A stretch of DNA of 28,454 nt from Vezdaea acicularis (lineage: Eukaryota), in contig JAPEUI010000016.1 in NCBI GenBank assembly GCA_026025075.1, positions 186,001 through 214,454 on the forward strand, given 5' to 3'. Positions 13,306 through 24,206 of this stretch are shown in pieces. The position numbers and the translations under genes are program-made. Every line of letters starts with the position of its first letter. Within the stretch, counting starts at the first letter, position 1. The notes below the pieces were generated by a model that ran no database searches, was not told the origin of the DNA, and saw only the letters and a program-made list of their open reading frames with translations.

Positions 13306-14881
13306 ATGGTTCGCTTGGTATGTCAGATGCTCTGACCTTCCCACGTTTCTATTTCTGACATTCTCAACGTCTTAACCAGAACTATCTTGCGCTTTATGCG
13401 TTTCTCGGTAGCATCGCTGAGGCTGTCCAACCAGTAAAGCTGGATGGCTCTCACTTTGTCAACTCCGTCACCAACAAGCAATTCCAGATCATAGGTGTCG
13501 AGTATGTGGACATATCAATTGGCGTAAATTGCATACACTGATTATGCTACTCGCAGTTACCAACCTGGTGGCCAATCCGGATGTGGGTTTAGCCATCAAC
13601 ATACTCCAGACAACAAGCTAATTGCTTCCAGATAACCCGGGCTCAAAGATTGACCCCCTTAGCAATGGCGATTTATGTCTCCGGGATGCTGCTCTTCTAC
13701 AGCAGCTTGGTGTGAACACCATTCGGATCTACAACCTCGACCCTACTCTCGACCATAACCTCTGTGCAAGCATCTTCAACGCAGTAGGCATCTACCTGAT
13801 CCTTGACGTCAACTCGCCCCTAGATGGAGAGAGCATATCTCGCGCAAACCCCTCCGGCACTTACACCTCAGATTACCTAAAGCGTGTCTTCGGCATAGTT
13901 GAAGCTTTCAAGAACTTTCCCAACACCCTCGCCTTCTTCGGCGCCAACGAGATCATCAACGATGCCACAAATGTCAACAGCACCCCGCCTTACATCCGTG
14001 CCGTGCAGCGCGACCTGAACAACTACATCGCAAAACACTCCACCCGCAACATTCCTGTTGGCTACTCCGCAGCCGACGTGCGCGAAGTGCTCGCCAGCAC
14101 ATGGGAATACCTTCAATGCGCCATCAATGGCGATAGCAGCGACCTCACGCGCTCCTCCTTCTTCGGGCTAAACTCATACTCCTGGTGCGGCGACAGCTCC
14201 TATACGACGTCTGGCTACGACCAGCTGATTGACCAGTTCAAAAACACCAGCATCCCCGTCTTCTTCTCCGAGTATGGATGCAACAAACCCGCTCCGCGGA
14301 TATTCACCGAAGTACCCGTCCTCTACGGCCCACTCATGACGCCCGTCCTCTCTGGCGGGCTCGTCTACGAGTACTCGAACGAAGTCTCGAACTTCGGCCT
14401 CGTCTCCCTCGGCGACAACGGCGCTGTCACCCTGCGGACAGACTACGACAACTTGCGCGCGCAGTACGCCAAGCTCAACACCTCCCTCCTCGAAACCGCC
14501 GACCCCAGCCCCCAGTCCAACCCGCCCCCCAAATGCGACTCCTCCCTCATCACCGCCGCCGGCTTCAGCACCGACTTCGACATCCCCTCCATCCCTGACG
14601 GCGGCCAGGACCTCATCGATAAAGGCATCAGTAACCCCAATCAGGGCAGTCTCGTCAGCGTCACCGCCACCGCCGTCACCCAGGCTGTCACCGATAGCAA
14701 GGGCAATGCTGTCACGGGCCTCGTCATCAAGCCACTGCCTAGCGATCAGAGTAATACCCCCGGAGGCAACAACACGTCGGGCGCACCGCCGAAGAAGAAG
14801 AGCGCGGCGGCCAGGAGCGTCGAGGTGCAGATTTGGGGGGTTGGGGTGCTGGCCGTGCTTGGTGCGGTCGTTATGCTATAG
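13306..14881 (+). CDS. GPI-anchored beta-1,3-glucanosyltransferase, GH72 (Gel2/Gas3-like, no X8 domain evident)
   Basis: Signal peptide, FQIIGVDYQPGG, LGVNTIRIYN, catalytic FGANE and FFSEYGCN motifs, and a hydrophobic C-terminal GPI signal. Introns 13318-13379, 13502-13556 and 13583-13631, with a 26-nt micro-exon at 13557-13582. Confidence 0.94.
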
Positions 14882-15337
14882 AATGCTTAGTGGCAGAACT
14901 ATGTTCTTTTTCTCTCTCTGGAGGTCATGGATTAGGCGGGACTTGGATGCTGGTATGAGCTTATGCGGATAGGAACGGGGACGGTGGTGGATAGTGTATG
15001 GGGGAAATAAAAGGCGCGCGGTTTCTGCACTTTTCACATTTTACGGAGGGGCCCTTTCTGCTGGCGAAGTGGGTCCCGCTGCCTTTCGGCTTCTGGTGTA
15101 TCATACTTCTAGCGTCACCACGGTAGTCTGAACATAACATGCGTCTAAACTATTTTGTGTCTTGGGGCACGCTGAGCCATTCGCTGACCCCCTTGATTAC
15201 CACACCCCCACACCCTTCCTCTACCACATGTTCCAGACGAGATGTACAGTACAGCCATCGCGGCGCATGAACATCTCATAGAGCTGATAGCAAAACTAAA
15301 CTTCCCATCGCCTTTTCTAGCATCTTCACAGCATCTC

Positions 15338-17475
15338 TTACAAAGTGACTTCAACCCTCCCCTCACTCCCCGGCGCATTCCCCTGCCCGAGCGCCGGGAG
15401 GAGGTAGGTGATATCATCCCAGGGGTGCCTATACAAGCCGGTCCTCAAGCGTTTCTGATCGAGATAATGGGCGATCAAGCCGATACTCCTGCCGAGGACG
15501 AAGAGGCCATTGAGGACGCCCATGCTGAGATAATCCTCTGCCTCCTCTGAGCTGAAGGCGCCGCAGTTGCGCATGAGGTCGACGAAGCAGACGGCGACGC
15601 AGCCGTCGACGTTGAGGATCAGGTTGTCTTTCTTGGAGGTCGTGACGGTTTCGACGGCGATGGCGTAGTCGAGCATCTTGCATGAGGGGAAGCGCTTCTT
15701 GACGAACTCTTTGACGAGCTCGACGCGGAGGTCGGGGTTGTTACGGGATTTGACGCGGTGGCCGATACCGGGGACTGTGTGGGCATTAGCATGTTATTCC
15801 GGATGCGTCTGGCGTTATATAAGGGACTTACTCAGCTTGTTCTGCTTCCTCATCGTGTCAACGAAGTCACGGGGACTGAGACCCTTGTCGAAAGCCTTGG
15901 TGAACTCCTCAGCAGCGCCATCTAAAGCACCACCGAACCTCGAGCCAATGGTGAGCAGACCGCTGACCAGCGCGCTGATCAAGTCCTTCCCAGCACGGGT
16001 CGTGATGATTGTGTTCATTGCTCCGGAAACGGCGGGGCCATGATCGGCAGTCAGCATGAGGACCATTTCGAGGAACCTGGTGGCGTAGTCGGGTAAGCGA
16101 CGACGGAACCAAAGCAAAGACATGACACCTCCAATACCGATATCTTCCTTGAAGACATCTGAAATCGGCATGCCGGCATATAAGAGTTCTTGACCGCGGT
16201 CGTCTGAGATGGTGGAGATGAAGGCAGCAGGTTTCCGGATGAGACCGAGCTCCTGAGCCCAGGAATAATCGATTGGAATCTTCGGCACGACGGGTTCTGG
16301 TTGTGGCACAATCTCACCTTTCTTCACTAGGCCTTTGTAGACCTCTCCGAGTAGTTCTGGAAGATCTTCAAAGGTGTCTGGGACGTGGATGCCTGCTTCC
16401 CGCATATGCTTGTTCTTCGAAGCTGCGGTCTCCAATTGGGAGTTTGCGAAGGAGCCTGCGTGGCCGAACTGGACTTCTGTCTTGAACATGCTCGCGCAGG
16501 TACCAATTGCCCATGCCACGACTGGTTTTGTGATGGTTTTGTTTTTGATCGCGTCAATGACACGGTATTCCTCAATGCCTCCGACTTCACCGAGCAAGAG
16601 AAGGATCTTGCACCCAGGATCAGCCTGATATCGGAGCATGTGGTCGATGAACGTAGTTCCGGGGTATCGATCGCCTCCAATTGCCACCCCCTCATAGACA
16701 CCATCCGTAGTATTGGCAATGATGTTGTTGAGTTCATTCGACATACCGCCTGACTTCGAGACGTAGCCAACAGACCCTTTGCGATATAACTTGGAGGCAA
16801 CGATATTGTCCATCATACCACCAGTATTCCCAATCTTGAATGCACCCGGCTTGATTCCACCAACGGTAGCGGGGCCAATGATCGTGATGCCCTTCTTCTT
16901 GGCAACGTGGAGGATTTCCCGGGCCCGCCTCTCCGGCACACCCTCAGCAATGATAGCAATTGACTTGATCTGGGGGTATTCCATGAGTTCCAAGGTGGAG
17001 CTATAGACACTTCGTGACGAGGCAAAGTTGACGACTGTGTCCACGTCGCTATGCTTGGCGATCGCCTTCTCTACGCTCTGATAGACCGGGAGGAGGGTCT
17101 CGCTGGTTCCCCAGTACCTGCAGATAGCTTTATATTAGGTCTTATTCCCCCCCCCGCCAGACAATGAAGGTGGGGTCCAAGCCAGACTTACATTTTGCTC
17201 ACGAATTGCCCACCAAAGGTGTAGATGATACCCGCAACCGAGGGTGTAGCTCGCTTGCAGATGAAGTCGAAGTCAAGCATTCCTTGAACTGCCCTCGGCT
17301 GGAGGCCGTACACGAAGCATCGGGTCTTATTGTGGAAGAGGGTGTGAGCGGCATAAGGACTTAGAGGTCTGCTTGGTGCATCAAAGCGACGGATCTTGTC
17401 ATTGGCAGAAAGGCCGCCATTGGTATTGGCTTGGGGGTTCGGCGTGCCGTTCGACAAAGGAGCAGCTGAAACCAT
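15338..17475 (-). CDS. ACL1: ATP-citrate lyase subunit 1 (catalytic, SCS-alpha plus citrate-synthase-like part)
   Basis: [23 protein letters not shown], phospho-His motif [27 protein letters not shown] and LYRHPWDDI. Introns 17118-17191 and 15775-15831. Confidence 0.97.
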
Positions 17476-18886
17476 GATGGGTATGTGGGACTCGCTGGTC
17501 CAAGATTGAAATGTCGTAAGTAGTCTAATTGTATCATCAGCTTTCCTGTCTCTTGGTATTCGACGGCAAACCCCAGCTTAGTTCATTATTTGATACAAAG
17601 TTAACGTAGCAGTGGTGCATTCCGCTTGCTCGCTCGCTGTGCGCACAACATCGAACAATGTTTTGGAGAGGACAAAAAGGCGGCATCCGACTTACTGAAG
17701 CTCGTCCTGGTTGTTGGTGGGCGGCCCTTCACCTAATGCACAATAGCTTGTTCTTCCTCGAACCACTGCTGAATTGAAAGAAAATAAGATATGCTTGGGG
17801 ATCGCTTCTCAGCAAGAGCGCGGCAAGAGGCAATTGGGAAGGGTAGCAGACGCAAGCTGGAGCTTTTGACCGGAGTGGGATTGAGGTTGAGCTCCGGCGG
17901 GCTTTTGGGTTGCAGGGCAGAAAAGATCTGGTGAGATAGCGTGAGCTTTTCCCCTTCGACGCCGGGCCACCGTAGCCGCGTAGTAGCGGCGAGTTGGGCG
18001 GTCAGCAGAAAGTCAGCCGAGTGGGACGTGCAGGGGGGGGAGGGACGGCGGAAATGTTGGGGAAAGGCCGCTCCGGCGCGAGGACGTCAGACCGGCAGGG
18101 GCAGGCCCAGAGGCTGAACGGCGAGCAGTAGGCACTGCGGTGGGCTCGTCGCGGACTGTCAGACGCTCTCCAGCTGGATGCATTCGTGGATGGCCTTCTT
18201 GCGTGCCAGGACTACGAAAAGCTTCATTCGAGCGAGCGCTTTGGTCAAGCAAATGGCACGGAGATCGAGAGGTTCGCGATGGCGCCCTTGCGTGAAACAG
18301 GCACCGCGCGCTGGTTGGGGGGTTTCGCTGGCTGCCCCGGCCGCTCAACCGCCCATCGCGTCCGCGCCCTTGACCGCCTGAACGGCGCTAGTGGGCGGCC
18401 GTCCGCCAGAGCTCCGCCGTCACACCACTCGACCCTCAGCAGAAAAAGTGCCCCAGACCACCGTGCTGCGTGCTGCTTCTCCTCCCCCAAAGCCCGTATA
18501 CACCTCGGCATCAACTCAAACCTCCCACTCCGACCTCGTCTTACTCGACCCTCTCCTCTGCGTCTGGCTGAACCCCATCTTTTGCAAAGACTCAACTCCA
18601 GGTAAGCTCCGCCTGCCCTTGCGCTGTTCATACCACCGATCTCAAACCGCTTCTTCTTTTCGCGCGTTGATACAATTAAGAAGCACCACTCGATATTCCG
18701 TGCGAACAGTCCGTCGGTTGCTGTTCTCAATTTCATTTCTTGCTGCTGCAAATCTCAGTGGAGCTTGATCCAGTCTGGTCCGACTTCTCTACCCTCAACG
18801 AATGCCCCACCAGCCAATTTCATCAATTACTCACATTTCCCTTGAAACCTTATAGACTACCTCACCGTGCTCTCTAACACCTCAAA
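17476..18886. promoter_or_regulatory. Divergent ACL1/ACL2 promoter region with putative 5'UTR introns (17525-17695 on minus; 18602-18855 on plus)
   Basis: Head-to-head start codons and a GC/CpG-rich core at about 17820-18480. GTAAGT and GTAAGC donors, branch-like GCTGAT and TACTCAC, and TAG acceptors lie 49 and 31 nt before the respective ATGs. Confidence 0.7.
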
Positions 18887-20529
18887 ATGTCCGCCAAATC
18901 AATCCTCGAAGCCGATGGCAAAGCCATCCTCAACTACCATCTCACAAGAGCCCCGGTCATCAAGCCCTCGCCGCTCCCGGCCTCCGCAACTCACAACCCG
19001 CCTTCAAGGCTAGCGTCACTGTACTTTCCCGAAAATGCGGCCGTATCAGACATACTTGATCAAGCAGAGGTCACATACCCGTGGCTACTGGCGCACGGCT
19101 CAAAGTTCGTGGCCAAGCCCGATCAGCTCATCAAACGGCGGGGTAAGAGCGGTCTGCTTGCCCTCAACAAGACCTGGCCAGAAGCAAAGGCTTGGATTCA
19201 GGAACGTGCGGGCAAGCCTCAAAAGGTCGAGACGGTCACCGGGGTTCTCCGCCAGTTTCTGGTGGAACCCTTTGTTCCTCATCCGGAGGGGACCGAATAC
19301 TATATTAATATAAACTCCGTTCGCGAGGTACGTCCTTAAAAAGTTGCATTCACTTCGGAAGTCTCAGGAGATTTTCTAAATCACTGCTTGTAGGGCGACT
19401 GGATCCTGTTCACACACGAAGGTGGCGTTGACGTCGGCGACGTTGACGCAAAGGCCGAGAAGATACTCATCCCTGTTGATCTGACGCAATACCCTAGCAA
19501 CGAGGAGATTGCTTCGACTCTCCTGAAGAAGGTGCCCAAGGGTGTTCACAACGTGCTTGTGGATTTCATTACACGCCTATATGCCGTTTACGTTGACTGC
19601 CAGTTCACGTCAGTATTCGGCTATCTCTAAATATTACGATGTGTTGACCGTGTTTGCAGATACCTTGAGATCAATCCTTTGGTGGTGATTCCGAATGCTG
19701 ATGCTACCTCGGCAGAGGTGCACTTCCTTGATCTGGCAGCGAAAATCGATCAAACCGCTGAGTTCGAGTGTGGCGTAAAATGGGCAGTCGCGCGAAGTCC
19801 TGCTGCATTGGGTCTTCCAGTGGTTGGGAAGGCAGCCGACGGAAAAGTCACAATCGACGCCGGTCCCCCATTGGAGTTCCCCGCACCATTCGGTCGCGAG
19901 CTGAGCAAGGAAGAGGCTTACATCGCCGAGCTGGACGCGAAGACCGGTGCCTCTCTGAAACTCACGGTATTGAATGCGGAAGGCCGTGTATGGACGCTTG
20001 TCGCTGGTGGTGGAGCTTCAGTTGTATACGCCGATGCCATTGCTTCGGCCGGGTTCTCCGACGAGCTTGCCAATTATGGTGAATATTCTGGTGCACCGAC
20101 AGAGACCCAAACGTATTACTATGCAAAGACAGTCTTAGATCTCATGCTGCGGGCTCCTATCCGACCTGAGGGGAAGATACTCTTCATTGGTGGTGGTATT
20201 GCCAATTTCACGAACGTGAGTCGCACCAGTCTGCCAATCCATAATACTTGAGGCACCACTCTAATGCTCTCCAGGTTGCCTCGACATTCAAGGGTGTCAT
20301 TCGGGCCCTCCGAGAAGTCGCACCAGTCTTGATCGAACACAAGACGCAGATCTGGGTCCGCCGCGCAGGGCCCAACTATCAAGAAGGCCTCAAGAATATC
20401 AAGTCGGTCGGACAAGAACTGAAGTTGGACATGCACGTGTTTGGGCCTGAGATGCATGTCAGCGGTATCGTGCCATTGGCGCTGACACCCGGGAAGCACA
20501 AGAACGAGATCAAAGAGTTTGGTGCGTAG
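18887..20529 (+). CDS. ACL2: ATP-citrate lyase subunit 2 (ATP-grasp/citrate-binding)
   Basis: [57 protein letters not shown] and [11 protein letters not shown]. Introns 19328-19393, 19609-19659 and 20216-20274. Confidence 0.97.
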
Positions 20530-21348
20530 CGTGGGGTGTATAAGGTAGAAAGGGTTTGGGGGAGTGCGTTCACATCTCGTGATGGCGAGATGGACCTGGT
20601 AAACATCATATTTTATCTAGCTCGCCGAGGCGCCCTTCGCTTCGATCGCTAAGGCGCTACTAAAACTAGTAATAGAATGTAACCGTGGCCCAGGGCTTCT
20701 GGACAAGACCAACCCCTCACACCACTTCAGTCTGACAAAGTGATGGGCTCGCCGGTACGGGCCGAGTGATGGCGTTTTACACGCAATGAGATGGAGTCTC
20801 CTTGAGGATCGCCAACGACTAGCTCGAGCCCGCATTAGCGCCAAATAAGCTTCAAGTCCAGATCTATCCCCAGTCTCTCCCCCTCAGAGGCCCGATCTGC
20901 TCCGGTCAGCTCACGATGAGGTCTCCACTCCCACAATAAACTTTAAAAGGCGAGCTGCAAGCCGATTGAGGAAGCAATCTCGACATGCCCCGGCCCGAAA
21001 TGCACCGTCGGAGTCATGTGACGGGCGCACCACGATCTGCCGCCGCTGCATTCTCGATCCTGCACGACCTGCATTCCGATTCCGTGGCACCATGCCTAAT
21101 CCGTAAATTATTCTCGTCTCCGAGCGTCTGCGAAAGGTATCTCCCAATCCTTCCATGCCTGTGGATAGCCGGGGCCCCACAACCTTGGAACCTGGTGCCG
21201 TCACTATTGATCCTCCTGGAAGTGGCTTTCCTACGTGTCTGTATAATACACGGTTCTTCTCTTTTCACTTCCTCTTCTTTTTCTTTCTCTGTTTCTCGCG
21301 TTCCTACAGGCTGAGTAGGAGCTGGTGATCTTAAAAGTTTTTGGCGGT

Positions 21349-23342
21349 ATGGGGCATCGGGATACGGATGCCGTTCACTCTTCTCTCGAAAGCTCTACTA
21401 CTGCCAGTGTTGAATCCTTTGGTGGCGATGAGCAGACGCCTCTGTTGCGGAAGCCTTTGGCCGATGAGGACTCGAGCTCGAATGCCGCGCAAGGGTCTTC
21501 CTCCTGGCTTTCTCATATTCACATTCCAAATCCCTTCAAGGCCGATGTGATTGATCCGAAGTACCGCTGGGTGCCATTGATAACTGCTCTCATTCTGTTC
21601 CTCAACGAGGTCGACTTCTATATCAAGCAAGCCCCCTGCTCCGATTGAGCAACTCTGTAGCTAATGAAGACGTAGGGATGTGCCGTTGATGCGCATGGTG
21701 GAGTCCATGTACTGTTTCGAATACTATCAAGCTCACGATCCGACCGTTGTCGACCAATATGGCTTCGAGATCCCCGAGCGGCTTTGCAAGATCCGCGCCA
21801 TCGAATCGAATGTCTCGAGAATGGTCGGTCTCATCCTCTTCTTCGTCATGGTGGCAGCCTTGCTGGGAAATATTCCTCTGTCCCGCTTAGCGGATAGATA
21901 TGGCCGCAAGTGGATTCTTGTGATGAATAAGCTGGTCTGGCTCTTCTTCACCAGCTGGCAACTGATCGTTTGTGGGTCTTTTCGGCAGCTTTAGCCCGCT
22001 CTCGAACTTGGCTGACTTTGAGAACTTAGACTTCGCATACCCACGTCTTCCAGTATGGACCATGTACTTTTCAGGGGCGTTTGCGCTTTTCGGCGGTAAT
22101 TTCGACTTTGGACTGGCGATCTTCTTCGCTTCCATCACTGATATCGTGAAGTCCGACAGCCAGCGTACGACTCTCTTCTTCGCCCTGTCTGCTATGCTGC
22201 CAGCCGCTCAACTGGTTTCTCCGGCTCTGGGTGGTTGGCTGCTGGAGGTCGGTGGCCCTTGGGTTCCACATGTCGTTGCCCTTGTATCAATATTTATCTC
22301 CGTCCTTCTCTCTATTTTCGCCTACCCGGAAACAATGCAGCCTAAAGACAAAGCTAAGCTTGCGGATATGGAGGAGCCCCCTCCCCCTGCAAAAGCTCAA
22401 GATCTCGCGGAATCTTCTCTTTCGTCAAGCCGGATCTATCTCAGGGCCGCTGGTGGCCTTAAAGCTTTCTTCAGCCAGCGGTACGCGCGTCTCGAGAATG
22501 CAGTTGCTGGGATCGGGGTATTCTCCTACGCGCTATTCTTCTTGTCGACATTATGCTTCACGATTGGCATCAAATCGATCGATTGGTATGGACTTATCCA
22601 GTACGCCATGATCAAGTTACAATGGAAATACTCTCAGGTAAGCCAAAGCAAAGGCACTCAATCTGCGCCAAATAATCAAATGTTCATCATCATTCCTATG
22701 GCATCGATGCTCATAAATAATCTCAGACAACTTTGCCAGTCTCCTTACAGGCAGCTATTGTCCTGATCAACTACGGCTTCATCATTCCTTTCGTCACCGA
22801 GCTCTTAGCCCGCCGCTTAGGGACCACAGCAAATGCAAGCATAGCTCTCATGATTGGTAGTGCTGTTTTGCTCGTTGTTGGCATATGCATCGTTGGCATA
22901 AGTGCTAGCACCTGGCTGTACATCAGCGGTACTTCTTCCATATGAGCATCCTAGGCGGTTTCTTGGCTAACGGGAATAGGTGTCATCATATACACCCTTG
23001 GCGAAGGTCTACCCACAGCGCTACAAGCATACGTCGCCTCACTCATCGATTCCACAATGGCAGTGACCGTGCTGGGAGGTCTAGCGCTGGCGCAGACTGG
23101 CGGCAAGATGATCGGTTCCCTCGTGTTCCCGATGGTCTTGGCGGCTGGGCTGAAGTTGCCTAATGGCGCCTTGCAAACCGGCTTGCCCGAATTCAGTGCA
23201 GCAGTGCGTATTCTACTCCTTTCTGCAGAGATCTATGGCTTACACTTGGAACTACTAGGGCCTTTTCTTGATCTCGGGAGCTTGTATCTTGGTACACTCC
23301 CTGAGGCGGTCGCGGGGCTCGGACATGGTCGAGCACGTCTGA
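21349..23342 (+). CDS. MFS transporter of unknown substrate
   Basis: EQTPLL acidic-dileucine-like motif in the N-terminus, motif A (LADRYGRK) and multiple hydrophobic helices. Introns 21627-21675 (GC-AG), 21972-22029, 22638-22726, 22929-22979 and 23204-23258 give a continuous frame to TGA at 23340-23342. Confidence 0.85.
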
Positions 23343-24206
23343 ATAGAGACTTTGGGGAATCATGTCACGATTAGGAGTGCTTAGTAGATGAATAGTTATC
23401 CATCACTAACCTCTCCTGCTGGGTCGCATGCTCAAGACTGTCGTTAGCTCACTAAACCCTCGCTCGTTCTTGCAGAGGATTGCTCCACTTTGCATCATAG
23501 AGACTCATTAGAAGATGAGACGGGATCGATGAAGATTCCTGCAATCGTTCGTCATAGGTAGATATCCTCGGGGTCGGTACAGGGGAGGGGCCTGACGACC
23601 ATTTGCTCAAAATGGGGCATGTTGTCACCTGTTGAAGACTGCATTAGATATATCATTAGTTTAGAGCAGGAGATAGCATTATCCCAGATTCAGCAGTGAC
23701 TATTCAACCCATGTTTCCAGATTAGCAAGTCCGACGGACGTCGAGACATTACAGAGGTAGTCGCGGCTCGGGCCGGCTTTAGCGACTGAGTTATGCGGAC
23801 TTCATGTGATTCGCGGTTTCCGCACGACTCGCACCCAGAAGGCATCAGGCAACATGGCCACTTGCCTTTCCCAGGACTTGCCGCTTCCAGTGGAAGCCAA
23901 GGCCGTCAACAAAAGGTTACATAGCCCGTTTATTTCTGTTCCGGCCTCTGAGCTTCCTCCATGAACATCATACCCTATCGCATCAACACCAACTGCTTCT
24001 ATCATTCGTTTTAGGAGAAGCCCCATACCTACTTACTGACCCTTGACGGGCTTGCTCTGTTTTTATATATCTCTCTTGCTTGATCCTTTGCATTACTAGA
24101 GGGCTCTTCGGGCCAAAATTCCCTGTTCAACGCCCTCTCTCTTAGTAAGGTTTTTCCGAACCATCACACCTCCAGCCACTGACCCAACTCTACAGACCCA
24201 ATCAAG

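Noticed and set aside
18013..18768. Overlapping 67-168 aa ORFs between ACL1 and ACL2
   Set aside because: Expected from high GC content. They overlap promoter and UTR intron sequence and show no recognisable protein.
20530..21348. Short ORFs or ncRNA between ACL2 and the MFS gene
   Set aside because: No recognisable protein, paired C/D boxes or cloverleaf. The region is consistent with a terminator, a promoter and a pyrimidine-rich leader (possible UTR intron ending at 21309).
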